A DNA stretch of 46,349 nucleotides, counting the filler, from Catajapyx aquilonaris (Eukaryota), in NCBI GenBank assembly GCA_000934665.2. It is 2 parts of 2 records of this genome, joined end to end, with 100 filler letters (N's around TTAATTAATTAA, not from the genome) between each part and the next. Parts side by side here need not be neighbours in the genome. Positions count along the whole stretch, not along the records: positions 23,263 to 46,349 come from JYFJ02005744.1; 1 more part is not named here. One strand, written 5' to 3'. The notes under the pieces are model-generated. The model did not search any database and was not told the DNA's origin. It saw nothing but the letters and a program-made list of their open reading frames with translations. Position numbers and translations under genes: made by a program. This document shows, piece by piece, positions 36,201-46,349 of this stretch (within the stretch, counting starts at the first letter, position 1; every line of letters begins with the position of its first letter).

Positions 36201-39200
36201 ACCAAATTTTGACTAATGTTTGGAGTGCATCCAAAACAATAAAAGTGTGCAATTCAAAAAATTAATTATATATTTTTGGGTGCAATTACAGTGTTTTTTA
36301 TACTTGTAATTTATATATATATGAAACATTTCGATCAGCTACAGGCTCTTGCCAATTCTACTACATTTTAATGCAATTATGTCATCACATTAATCAGTAA
36401 TTGTGGAGTGACCAATCAAAACGCAACAAACGCCAAAATTTTCAAAATCGAGTTATAGGTGGTAGCATGTCCTTGAGGCTCGGGTCTACGTGTGTGTTAG
36501 ATTGTGACATTTCTAAATGCAATATCTACCGTGTTATAAGGGCTGGAAAATGGAGTGTTGCTTCAAAACGCAATATGTGACCCATACCGGCTACTTCAAA
36601 ACGCAACATGCGTCAAGCAGCCTATGAGAGAGTGCGATGCGCAACTGTTACAAATGGCCACCGATATCTTACCAACCCCATGGAGTAAGCTAATCAACTC
36701 ACACAGTACTACAGTAGTACGGATGTTGTTCTCATCGACTCGCTCCAACCCCGAAGGGTGTATAAGTAATAAAAATTTTAAAAAATAGCTAATAATGTTC
36801 TCATGATTAGCAATGTGTTTAGATAATAATTAGTGTCAAGGATATGGTATCATGGTTCCTGCTGATAGAAGAAACTAAGAATTTATCACAGTTTAATAAT
36901 ATGGTCAATGATAATAATCGATCAAAATGCAACATCTGACACATGTGCCCAATCAAAACGCAATAAGTCAAATTTTGATTAATTTTTTTCTCGTGACTAG
37001 ACAACTCCTGATTTCATTAACATACACCATTAACCACCTCTGCATATGGGCATAATGTACTGCACATTTTGTTTCTTGGTCACATTCCATTTGGGAGCAA
37101 TCGGTTTTTGTTGAATATATCGAAATGGCTTTGTTGGCGTTTGTTGCGTTTTGATTGGTCACTCCACAATTATGATCACTGTCATTTTGCATATGCTTGA
37201 GCATCCATGAGGGCAAGGCCCATAGGCTGGGCTTGTCACACAAGCGTATGTTAGCCTGACGTTTGGCAATCTCCCTCTGGATGAAAATAGCTACTAGCAA
37301 AAGATCTCATGTTCTGGGCAATAATTATCCAGGCCACAGCTGACTTTTTTTGCTCTCACGTGATGAAGAGGAGTTGTACAGCTATGAGCATAAACTTGGA
37401 GACGGCAGGCCCTAACCTTCGGCAGGGTGCTCTTCCAATCTCAGCTATTACGGTATCAATTGTACTGTTATAAATACACGAACACACACCTGAAACAGCT
37501 AACTCGGTCGAAAAAGAGTCTATTAATTTGAGTCGGATAAAGAAAGGTCGGAGAAGGCCCGCAGCGTCTCCAACTTTATGCTCGCGGGTGTACCTGCTGC
37601 CAGAAGGCCAAGCTACCTACACCTAAGTGACACAAACAGAAGTAAAAAACATTTGTTCAAGATTCCAATGTGTGAACCAGAGGGCATCCCAGCCTCAAAG
37701 CCCATATGAAGTAAGTCACATGCAAATATGAGACATGAATCTATGCCAGAAGATGGGGTAGGCACCTATCTTCATATTCATTTTTTTTCTTCAACTCCTG
37801 ATAGTGGCAGCTGCTTAACGCTCTTGCCAAATGGCACCAACATTCACTTAATGAGTTATTAATCAAACAATTATGGAAACATACAACAAATTCCTACCTG
37901 ACTTCTCAAAGACCAGAGCTTCACAGTTTTGTCCTTGCTGCAACTTATGAAGCTGTTCTCATTGTCCAAGACATACACACCCCTCACACTGTTCACATGC
38001 CCCACAAATGTTTGCAACTTAATCTGCTTGAAGTTGAATCGAACATCTTTCTCTGCTCGGCCAATTTCATGCTCCCAATATGCCAGCCAATTTCCTTTCA
38101 AATGCCTGGAATATTGCACATATGTTTATCACATTTTCAAACAGAGGCATTACAGAGACATAAAACACTCGTAAAAATTGAAATCACCTGCTGTTGTTTT
38201 CCATTATTCTGCAAAAATGTGAAACATTTCGATCAGCTACAGGCTCATTAGGGCTTGACGGAACACCTGGGCTTGGATGATCTACTTTCTGCAAGTGAAT
38301 AAATACAACATAGCAGAATGAAGGTTAACTCTGATTCACGTATCAATTTTACAAGTTTGGACATATCTCTTTCCAGCCTGTTGATTACAAGGCTGCAAAA
38401 AAAAAAAAAGTGCCTAACCTGCAAGTCAATTCTGTTTCCAATAATGGCCACATTACTCCCAAGATTCCCAGTGACACCTCCACCACGCATGTCACCTAAT
38501 GATGGCTCCGGAGGCATCCCAACTGGTATAGGAGCAGCACTTCCTACAAGTTAAATTCAGATTTAAAATTTAAAATTTATCAAGAACCAAACACTTAGTA
38601 CTTATTATTATCATGTTTATTGACCCTGTGTAAACATAGCTCCTATGCACGTATTACTGCCTGATATTACTGCATAGGTGATTCACTGCATAAAGAAAAT
38701 TAAAAGAAGTGTGTAGGAAAGAGTGGAAGAACTTGAGACACATGGGAATGATAATGAAGAGGGGGGGATAGAAGTCGGTGGTGTATTGTTTACAGGATTA
38801 TTACATCAGCATTGGATAGAAGGTGGACAGAGAAAACAAAAAAATTATAGACCAATTGTATAGTACAGTACTACATCACTCAAAAAAATGAAGACAATTT
38901 GGGATTCAAACCAAACACAAAATCGTCTCCATCTTTTTGAGCAATATGGTACATCTCACGCTACTAATTATAATTAAATAACTAATTAATTAGTACTAAT
39001 TATAAGGTTACACAAACATGTCTGCCAATAGTGGGCAAATCTTTTGTGCTATGTAGATAATCATATTATAATAAATTCAGCTCTAACAAGAAGCTCCATG
39101 AACCAAAATTAGCTGCCTCCCAATAAGTATTTGCTTGTTACAATTGTCAACACTTGGTAGAATAAATGTCTGCTCAGAGATGTGTGCTGGTGAAATTTCA

Positions 39201-42200
39201 GAGATACTTGCCTCTGTCACTTCATCTTCAGTTGATAAAAGAGTTACAGAGTATATTCCAATTGAAGAACCTGTTTCTGTTAATATTATTTTGTCACACA
39301 AAGTAGCTTATTATTAAGTGGTGTCAAAAAAATTACTGCTAATATTAGATGGCATGGATGCACTCATTTTAACCACTGCAGTAGGGCCTAGTTTGTAATC
39401 AATGATATCAATTGGTTATGAATGGGTCATTACTAATGTTCCAAGCTTGAAAATTCCTTGCAATCAAGGCCTGAAGGAATGCACTACCTTAGTGTCAGAA
39501 AATTGCTCACCAAAAGAAACATTTCAATCGGAACGCCCTGCATATGAGAATGTAATTTGAACTATAAAATTTCCTGCTGAAAGAACTTTGTCTAGTCCTC
39601 TTCAATTCTATTATAAGGGAATTATACTAAAATTTGAATGTAACTGCACCTGTGCCCAACTCTTGTTTCAATTTCATGTCATGCTGTAAGTACAGCTGGT
39701 GTATCAATTCTCCATTCTTCAATGTCTTGTTAGAAGGACAATTTGTAATAACTTCATAAAAGTCCAAATAAGCCATGTGCGCCAGTGCTGGGGTGAACAC
39801 TTGCCGAAGCTCTTCCAGTGCCTGTAATATGTACAATGAGAATCAAGTTCCCTTTGCAACCATAAAGTCTCTTACTTTTCGTTGCAATTCTCTGGCTTCT
39901 TCTGAATCCCTGTTGTTAACAGGTGGGGACAATGAACCAAAAGAACCCACTTTGCTTTTTTCAGCTGCACCTTTCACTGTAATTTGAATTGTGCCTGCCA
40001 CCATACATTCATTTGTTTGCACATCACGGCAAATATCAACAAAAGTGCTGTCATCTAATGACCTGAAAATGGACTGCATCATAATTTTCCAAGGAATCGT
40101 GAATAAAAATAGCAATACCTGGGAGAACTATCCTTTCCACATTCCTTCTCCAGTGCTCTGAGTGTTTCTGCAACCGTGTCGGGCCTGTAAACTCGGTCAA
40201 AACCCAAAAAGAATCTGTGTAACACAGATAACATATGTTTGCATGTCATCTCGGTTCCAATCCTCTTGTGAATCACACTCATGGCTTCCAAGGTCTTGTG
40301 TGCCAACACCAACCGAGCTGTTCCACCAGATGGAAAGGTTCGGCAGAGAGAACAGAAGAGACGAACCACTGGCATCAAAATGTTGCGAACCAGCATGTCC
40401 TGATAATGGTGGAACCCCCATTATAATAGCAAAGTTCTTGTTGTAAGCACTTTGTGACTATACCTGCAACTGATCCATTAAAGTGGAGTCAGTGAGGTAT
40501 GGGACAATATGAGTGAGGAGAGCCATGCAGCCAACAAGTCCACCCTCCAGGTTGGGAAGCAGTTTTCGTCGAGATGAAGCAATTAGTTCAGCCATGTTGG
40601 GGAAGTATTGCAACTGAATCAACTGCTCACCATACAAAGCTGAAAGTATACCCATTAATTTTTTTTATTTTTCTATTTACCCCGTGATAGGGCGGAGCCC
40701 TTTTTAGGGCGGAAGGGGAGGTTCCTGAGGGAGGGCACTGTAATTATAGTCATTTCTGACTTTCTGAAATACACCAGACCTTTTCTCCTGGCCCTGGGCA
40801 GAGTAGGGAGTGCAATTCTGCCCCGGCATGCTGGGTGAAAAGCGGAAAAAGACCCGGACAAGCAGATCGGTCGGGATTTAAACCCTGGCCTCCCTCTTGG
40901 CTGGCCAGTGGCGTGACCACCAGACCACCATGCCTCCCTTCAATATATATACCCATTAATTCATCCTCTCATATTGCATAAGTGCAGTTATTAATGGTAC
41001 AAAATTCAGCAAGTCCCTGACTTACAAAAGTGGATTGGTCTGCAACATTAGAGGGGCCCAAAAAACTGCATACACACTTTCATAGATGTTATCTATGAAC
41101 TATTTTCGAAGTTGAATCGAATAATGTGTAGTATAATGATCTCTCAAAGAATGTCGTTACTCACATGAATGCTGGCATCACCACGTGACCGGCAGGACAC
41201 TCAAACAAATTGGCAGAGGCATGGTTGTGGTTCGAGGAGTGCAAGACCATTTTAAAGGGGTATTTCAAATTTGTATTCGTAAATGTGAGTTGTTTCAACA
41301 CATGGTACAGTGTTAGACATTAATGGTGTCGTACTGGTGGCACCATGAGCCGATGGAAGCAAAGGAGTGAATCAAAGCTATGAATTAGCAACCAGTACAT
41401 CGCATCACTTCGATTAGTTCCTTTACCACCATCGGCTTGGCGCCACCAGTACAACCCCATTAATGTCCAGCGCTGTACATGAGGATGAGGAGTTTGTGGA
41501 AGAAATGGTTTGATCTGATGAAGCACAACTGAAGCTTATAGTGGAACAATGAATCAGCATAATTGTGTGTTTTGGGCTCCAGAAAATATGCACATTAATG
41601 TGGAAAATGCAGTCAATTTAGTTTCCTGTAATCAGAGGTTTCTGGATGCTTAATGGTAACTACTTTAAGCACCTGTTGTAATTGTATAAGTCAAAGGTGA
41701 CTTATGTTCATCCCTTGATACCTGAATTTAGTATTACAATTTTTATACAGTTTTTTATTTTGTTGAAGTGTGTATACATTTTTTGGGGCCACCCGTATGT
41801 CAATCGAATTTTAATTAACTCACAACATGTTTTTTATTATACTGCAAACTGTACCATTGGACCTTATTAATTGAAACTGGAATCACTGTCTTATCCAATT
41901 GAGGTCATTGTGAGCAGGAAAGGATCACTAGCTTCAGAAGAGGGGTACAAATGTCTGTCACATGCAAAGTAAGTGGGGGAATGAGTCTTGCCAGGCAGGT
42001 TCGAATTGCCATGAGTTGAAATTTAATGCGCTTTCTCGCAATTGACAGGTTTCTTTTACATCACCAGTTTGTTCTGTAGATTTTTTGAGAATGTCCGAAA
42101 TTTTTTACATACAAGGTGTGATCAAAAAGTTCCCGGACTGTGTTCATAAAAACGTTAATATTTACTTTAAGTCCTAATTTCCACTGCCACCTTCAAAGTA

Positions 42201-43175
42201 GTTACCTTGGGCACGTATACAACTATCCCAGCGAATTTTCCATATTTGGAAGCACCCCAAAAAATTGGCCAACCGAAGCGTGTTCAGCACCTGCTGCGAT
42301 TTTGCTTCGAGCTCTTTAGTGGAGTCAAAATGGCTCCTTTCCTACCCAAATTTCATTTTAGGGAAGAGGTAGAAATCACATGGTGCCAGGACAAACGAAT
42401 AGGCAGGGTGTGGAACAGTCGTCATGTTATTTTGTCAGGAAATCCCTGACTACGCGTGAGGTGTGTGCAGGCGGCATTGTCATTGTGCAGCAACCAGTCT
42501 ATGTTCTTCCATATCTCCGACCAATTGTGCCTAAATCGTCTCAAACCATCGCAGTAAGACTTGCTGTTGACAGTTTTACCAGGAGGGAGAAACTCCATAT
42601 GCACAATTCCTATAATGTCAAAGAAAATGATCAGCATTGAGTTGATTTTGCTGCAAACTTGGCGCGGCACTTTTGAAGCTGTTAACCCACTCATATGTTA
42701 TTGCTGGTCTTACAGATTGCTCATCAAAAGCCTTGTTCAGCATTCGGTGGGTTGCAGCCGAAATTTTGTTGAGCTGGACGCAAAATTTAATACAAATCCT
42801 TTGCTCCCTAACATCAGCCATTTCGAAAAATCGCAGAAGCACAAGAACACAGTGTCAAGATAACTGCCGAAACTCGGAAACATGTGTACCTATGAAGACG
42901 ATATTTTTCAGACTAATAGCTGAAAGGTGCTCCTAGCTCCCCCTAGCGTCACAAGTTCGTACCTCCACTAGTTTGCACGGTATACCGAAAATCCGGGAAC
43001 TTTTCGATCACACCTCGTAAGTCGGAAGCTGCATAAGTTGGGTACTGGCTCTTCATGTATAATAAATTTCAATGGGATTTTACCGTATCCAGGCAAGCAA
43101 TGCCTTCATGCACATTTTCAAGAATGCAATCAACCAAAATTTAGCAAGTATCATAGGTGTGATTAAGCAGTACAT

Positions 43176-43252
<77 letters not shown>

Positions 43253-46230
43253 TTGTGCCCCGTGCTAGGGCCATGGGCCCTCTTAGGGGGGTGGGATACC
43301 ACCACATTTTTAAATTTTGTCTGAAACTCTTGCTTTCGTTTTTACTTCTCGTATATGGGGATGGGATAGGGACGGAAGGAAGCGGCTGTGGCCTATAATT
43401 ACGGACACGACCCCGGAATTTTCCTGGTGAGACCATGGGAAACCACAGAAAACCACGGTCAGGGTCGGCGGGCACCGGGATTCGAACCCAGGACCTCCCT
43501 ATTAGCAGTCGGATACCATATCCCCTCCGCTACCACTTAAGCAGTACATGTATGATGTATCAAAAGGTGAGGCAGCATTTCCTACCTTAATCATCAGAAA
43601 AGGAGTTTATCAAATGCCAGTAAAGTCACTTTATTGAAAGAGTAAAAACCTCATCTGCCTTGAACGGCAAGAACATGCAATCTTAATATCAAGATTTTAG
43701 TTGATGCTAGTATAGCCTACTGCTGATTGACAGTACAGGGTGTCCCTAAATAATTGTCAACATTTGAAAGTTGTTTAATTTCTATTAGTTGCGGTGTGCA
43801 ACGACAAGACTGACATAGAACGATAATCGAGATCAAATGACTGTAGAAGAATTTTTGACGGCCATGGCATATAACACGCAGATGTGAATAAGAATAACAG
43901 GGAGTGAAAGAAAATAAAGGGATATCAGGGTATGTTAAGTGGATGGAAAGATGTAAAGGAAATGTGTCTAAGGAGGAAGAAGTGAGGCGAAGTGAAAAGT
44001 ATAATTAGGGATTAGGGTGGGGTCGAACAATAGAGAAAGTATGTATTGCAGATGTATATTGAATAAGACCAAGATGTATATATGCGATGTTGTAATAAAG
44101 GTTTCAAAGGTGTTAAGGGGAAGAACGAGACGTTAGTGTGTGTAGTTATTAAGGAGGTGTCGGGGATGTATATTTTCGGTAATAAAGCTGTCGGATTTTT
44201 TTTTCAGTCTGTATTGTCTTTAGGTATTACGTACCAGACCCAATCCCATTATGAACTCAATGAAAATGTGTTTTTTTTGGAACTTTAAGACGTCATAACT
44301 TTTGCAAATATGGGCCTCCGCATGAAATATTTCATTTTGGGTATCATATATTGTGCTGTATTAGCATGTTAAATTTCATCAAGATCCGTCATTATCACCC
44401 TGTGACCTTCCCTTGTAAGTATAATTATTTCAGTTAACAGTTGCCCCAATAAATCTTTGTCATTGGCAAAATCCATTAGAACCAATGTAGAATGAGAGAT
44501 CTTGCCTCTCAGTCTTCCCTACACTTAAGTTGGTAGAATTTGAATGGGATACCACATTAAATTGTGCAAACTACATATTTAAAACTGAATTTTAACTGTT
44601 CATACGATTCAAAGAGCATGGGATTATCTTAAGGGAAGTAATTCCACACAGAGTAGCTAAATAACAAAGAAGACCAAAATGTCACTTCTGGGCTTAAGTG
44701 TTCAGCAGTTATTTCAGCAGCTGGCAGTGTAATGGGAGGCATAAAAGGAATTGCGTTCCTACACATTCCCCATGTACAGTTCTGGACATTAATTCAGTCG
44801 TGCTGCTAGCAACATTTTCCGAGGCGGCAGATGTGCACATCGAAGTGATGGAGTGCAAGCTGTGCGAGTAAGAAATGGTAGGCCTTGGGTGACGTCACTG
44901 GCTGGGGACAAGCCTTTTCTCCATTGCCCCTAGCCGGTGACGTCACCGAAGGGCTATCATTTCTTACTCGCACGGCTCGCACTCCATCACTTTGATGTGC
45001 ACTTCTGTCGTCCCGGTAAATGTCACTAGCAGTACAGCTGTGAGCATAAAGATGTGGACGGAAGACCAGAGCTCTTCCTCTGCTCAGGGGCTCCTTGCAT
45101 GACCTCCACCCCTCACCAACAGCACCAGGGTAGGCCTACTAGTCTCGGACATGCCGAGAACACTGTATGTTGTTTGTGTAATGATGACACTGGCTGCTCC
45201 TCTACTAGCAAGGGGGAGTACTACAGTCCACATCTTCATGCTCATGAGTATACAGTACATCACAGCTGGTACACATGCTTGCACTCAAGAGTTACACATG
45301 GCACAACTCACCTGCAATTGAAGAAAGGCATTCGAGCACCTTTCCAGCACTCTCATCTCCCAATACAATTCTCCTCTGGCCATATCCTGGAGATGTGTTC
45401 AGGGAGGTCTGAAACTGCATCTGCAGGTTTTCCTCTCCGATGTAGCACAAAGTCAGCATTCGCAACAAGTTTCGGGTCAGGTGTTTGGCAGTTAGCACAG
45501 GACCCAGACGGTGTGCCAACCACACCACACTATCAGCACACAGATCAGAAATGTTGCACTCATGATCTGGCTTCCTTGGCCGGCTCTCATCTCTGAGCTT
45601 TGGAGGAGACCTAAGGTCATCCTTCACCTCATTCCAGTGCATAGCCAGGTCTTCAGAATATACTGGTAGTGAGTGGGGTAGCTTCACTCCACTTGATTCT
45701 GATGACAATCTTGGGATTGAACATGACACATTGCGTTCTAAATTGTCCAGATCAGGGTCATCCAGGTCATCAAAGCAGTCCTTTTTCTCTGCATCTTCAG
45801 ATATGGCTCCTGGTGATGGAAGCATACTATCATTGAGAGAGGCAGCATCAGCACTGTTGCTGTCAGATGAGTCCAGGTACTTCTGTTCCAGCTGGTCCAT
45901 TATGTCCAAAGGAGCTTCTGAGTCAGAGACACTGCCTCCTTCTGCCTCTTCATTGGGCTCAAATACAAAAACCTCTGCAAATTAAGAATTAGTACTTCAT
46001 ACAATGCTGTTGCTCATAAACAGTGATCATCTAATTAACTTCACAAGAGAAACCCCACCTGGTTCTGTGTTAGGACCATCATCTTCACCACCAGTGTCAT
46101 GTCCACTGCCATCTTGAATTTCACTCTCTTGCTTGGGCAGTGTTGCTTGTGAGGAGTCTTCATCAAATGGTGAAAGTAATGTTTCACTGGTGGTCACCTC
46201 TGGTTCTGGAGAACTGTGAACCAAACACTC
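33290..46230 (-). CDS. WDR81: WD repeat-containing protein 81 (BEACH/WD40 endolysosomal protein), 3' portion; the gene continues beyond the window
   Basis: Minus-strand exons 46230-46059, 45974-45312, 40639-40464, 40399-40119, 40062-39876, 39821-39650, 38543-38419, 38288-38188, 38105-37898, 36025-35732, 33892-33743, 33688-33582, 33521-33290 (TGA). Phase-compatible GT-AG junctions. Diagnostic peptides [108 protein letters not shown]. Confidence 0.93.
34040..35101. mobile_element. Long-TIR non-autonomous DNA element in WDR81 intron
   Basis: ~250-bp core inverted arms 34081-34325 and 34812-35060 (GTCACAAGTAACTCATAATGGGCATTCATTTTGTCTTT...), with weaker symmetry extending to ~34040/35101. Confidence 0.8.
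35224..35502 (+). mobile_element. tRNA-derived SINE (family B)
   Basis: A-box TGGTCTAGTGG, B-box GGTTCATATCC, body shared with 40661-40947, A-tail. Confidence 0.85.
36403..37167. mobile_element. Non-autonomous Sola1-like TIR element
   Basis: Perfect ~34-bp TIR GTGGAGTGACCAATCAAAACGCAACAAACGCCAA, AATT on both flanks, internal TCAAAACGCAA repeats. The family call rests on the AWWT TSD only. Confidence 0.72.
37379..37590. mobile_element. Tc1/mariner-type MITE (~212 bp)
   Basis: TIR CA...GAGCATAAA(C/G)TTGGAGACG with TA flanks; termini related to 45035-45250. Confidence 0.7.
40661..40947 (-). mobile_element. tRNA-derived SINE (family B) next to a WDR81 splice acceptor
   Basis: Homologous to 35224-35502; A-rich tail; 14-bp TSD TATACCCATTAATT at 40647-40660 and 40948-40961. 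Confidence 0.9.
41051..41795 (+). mobile_element. Degenerate, deleted Tc1-like transposon
   Basis: Imperfect TIRs (GGCCC.AAAAAA..G.ATACACACTT) with TA flanks; broken transposase remnants SDEAQLKL / [15 protein letters not shown] at ~41510-41590. Confidence 0.75.
42112..43017 (-). mobile_element. Internally deleted mariner transposon in WDR81 intron
   Basis: ~27-bp TIR C(A/G)AGGTGTGATC(A/G)AAAAGTTCCCGGA, TA TSD; minus-strand transposase pieces [15 protein letters not shown] and [30 protein letters not shown]. Confidence 0.92.
43179..43536 (-). mobile_element. tRNA-derived SINE (family A) with long (TTA)n tail
   Basis: B-box GGTTCGAATCC, body as in 11333-11623, (TTA)n tail 43179-43252, 16-bp TSD TTAAGCAGTACATGTA at 43163-43178 and 43537-43552. 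Confidence 0.92.
44801..45034. mobile_element. Foldback MITE (~110-bp arms, ~12-nt loop)
   Basis: 44801-44911 is the imperfect reverse complement of ~44924-45034. Confidence 0.8.
45035..45250. mobile_element. Tc1/mariner-type MITE (~216 bp)
   Basis: TIR ...TGAGCAT(A/G)AAGATGTGGAC with TA flanks; abuts the foldback element. Confidence 0.65.
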
Positions 46231-46349
46231 CTGTTGTTAACTACTACTATGCATTGACAGAAAGTATAAACATAGTAAAAACATCTTTGCCAGCAGTACA
46301 GTCAACTCAACTTAGGGGCCATCCATATACCATGTGACAGTTTGGGGGG

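Noticed and set aside
39200..39277. Extra WDR81 exon ([22 protein letters not shown]) with a GC donor
   Set aside because: The AG|GCAAGT donor is phase 0 while the next exon needs phase 1, and 39650 splices directly to 38543 in frame. It cannot be excluded as a minor exon without RNA-seq.
43080..43475. 131-aa poly-Tyr ORF
   Set aside because: Read-through of a SINE body and its (TTA)n tail.

Overview
Eukaryotic, arthropod-like genomic DNA: GT-AG introns (many only 54-90 nt), an intronless divergent ionotropic receptor and dense DNA-transposon/SINE debris. An artificial 100-nt spacer (44N-TTAATTAATTAA-44N, 23163-23262) splits the window, so the two halves may not be adjacent in the genome. 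Left half (+ strand): a tandemly duplicated two-gene cassette of a secreted coiled-coil C-type lectin followed by a divergent ionotropic receptor (IR). In unit 1 (~953-8937) the lectin is a pseudogene and the IR is intact; in unit 2 (~12977-17590) the lectin is intact and the IR is a pseudogene. A third, more diverged lectin of the same family follows (19923-22074). The lectin stalks are built from a repeated three-exon module present in one or two copies. Right half: a transposon-rich intergenic tract (hAT-, Chapaev-, Sola-, pogo-like elements and a palindromic mariner), then the 3' part of WDR81 on the minus strand (33290 to the window end), with MITEs, mariners and SINEs in its introns. Exon structures, alignments and family calls were made by eye, without database searches.
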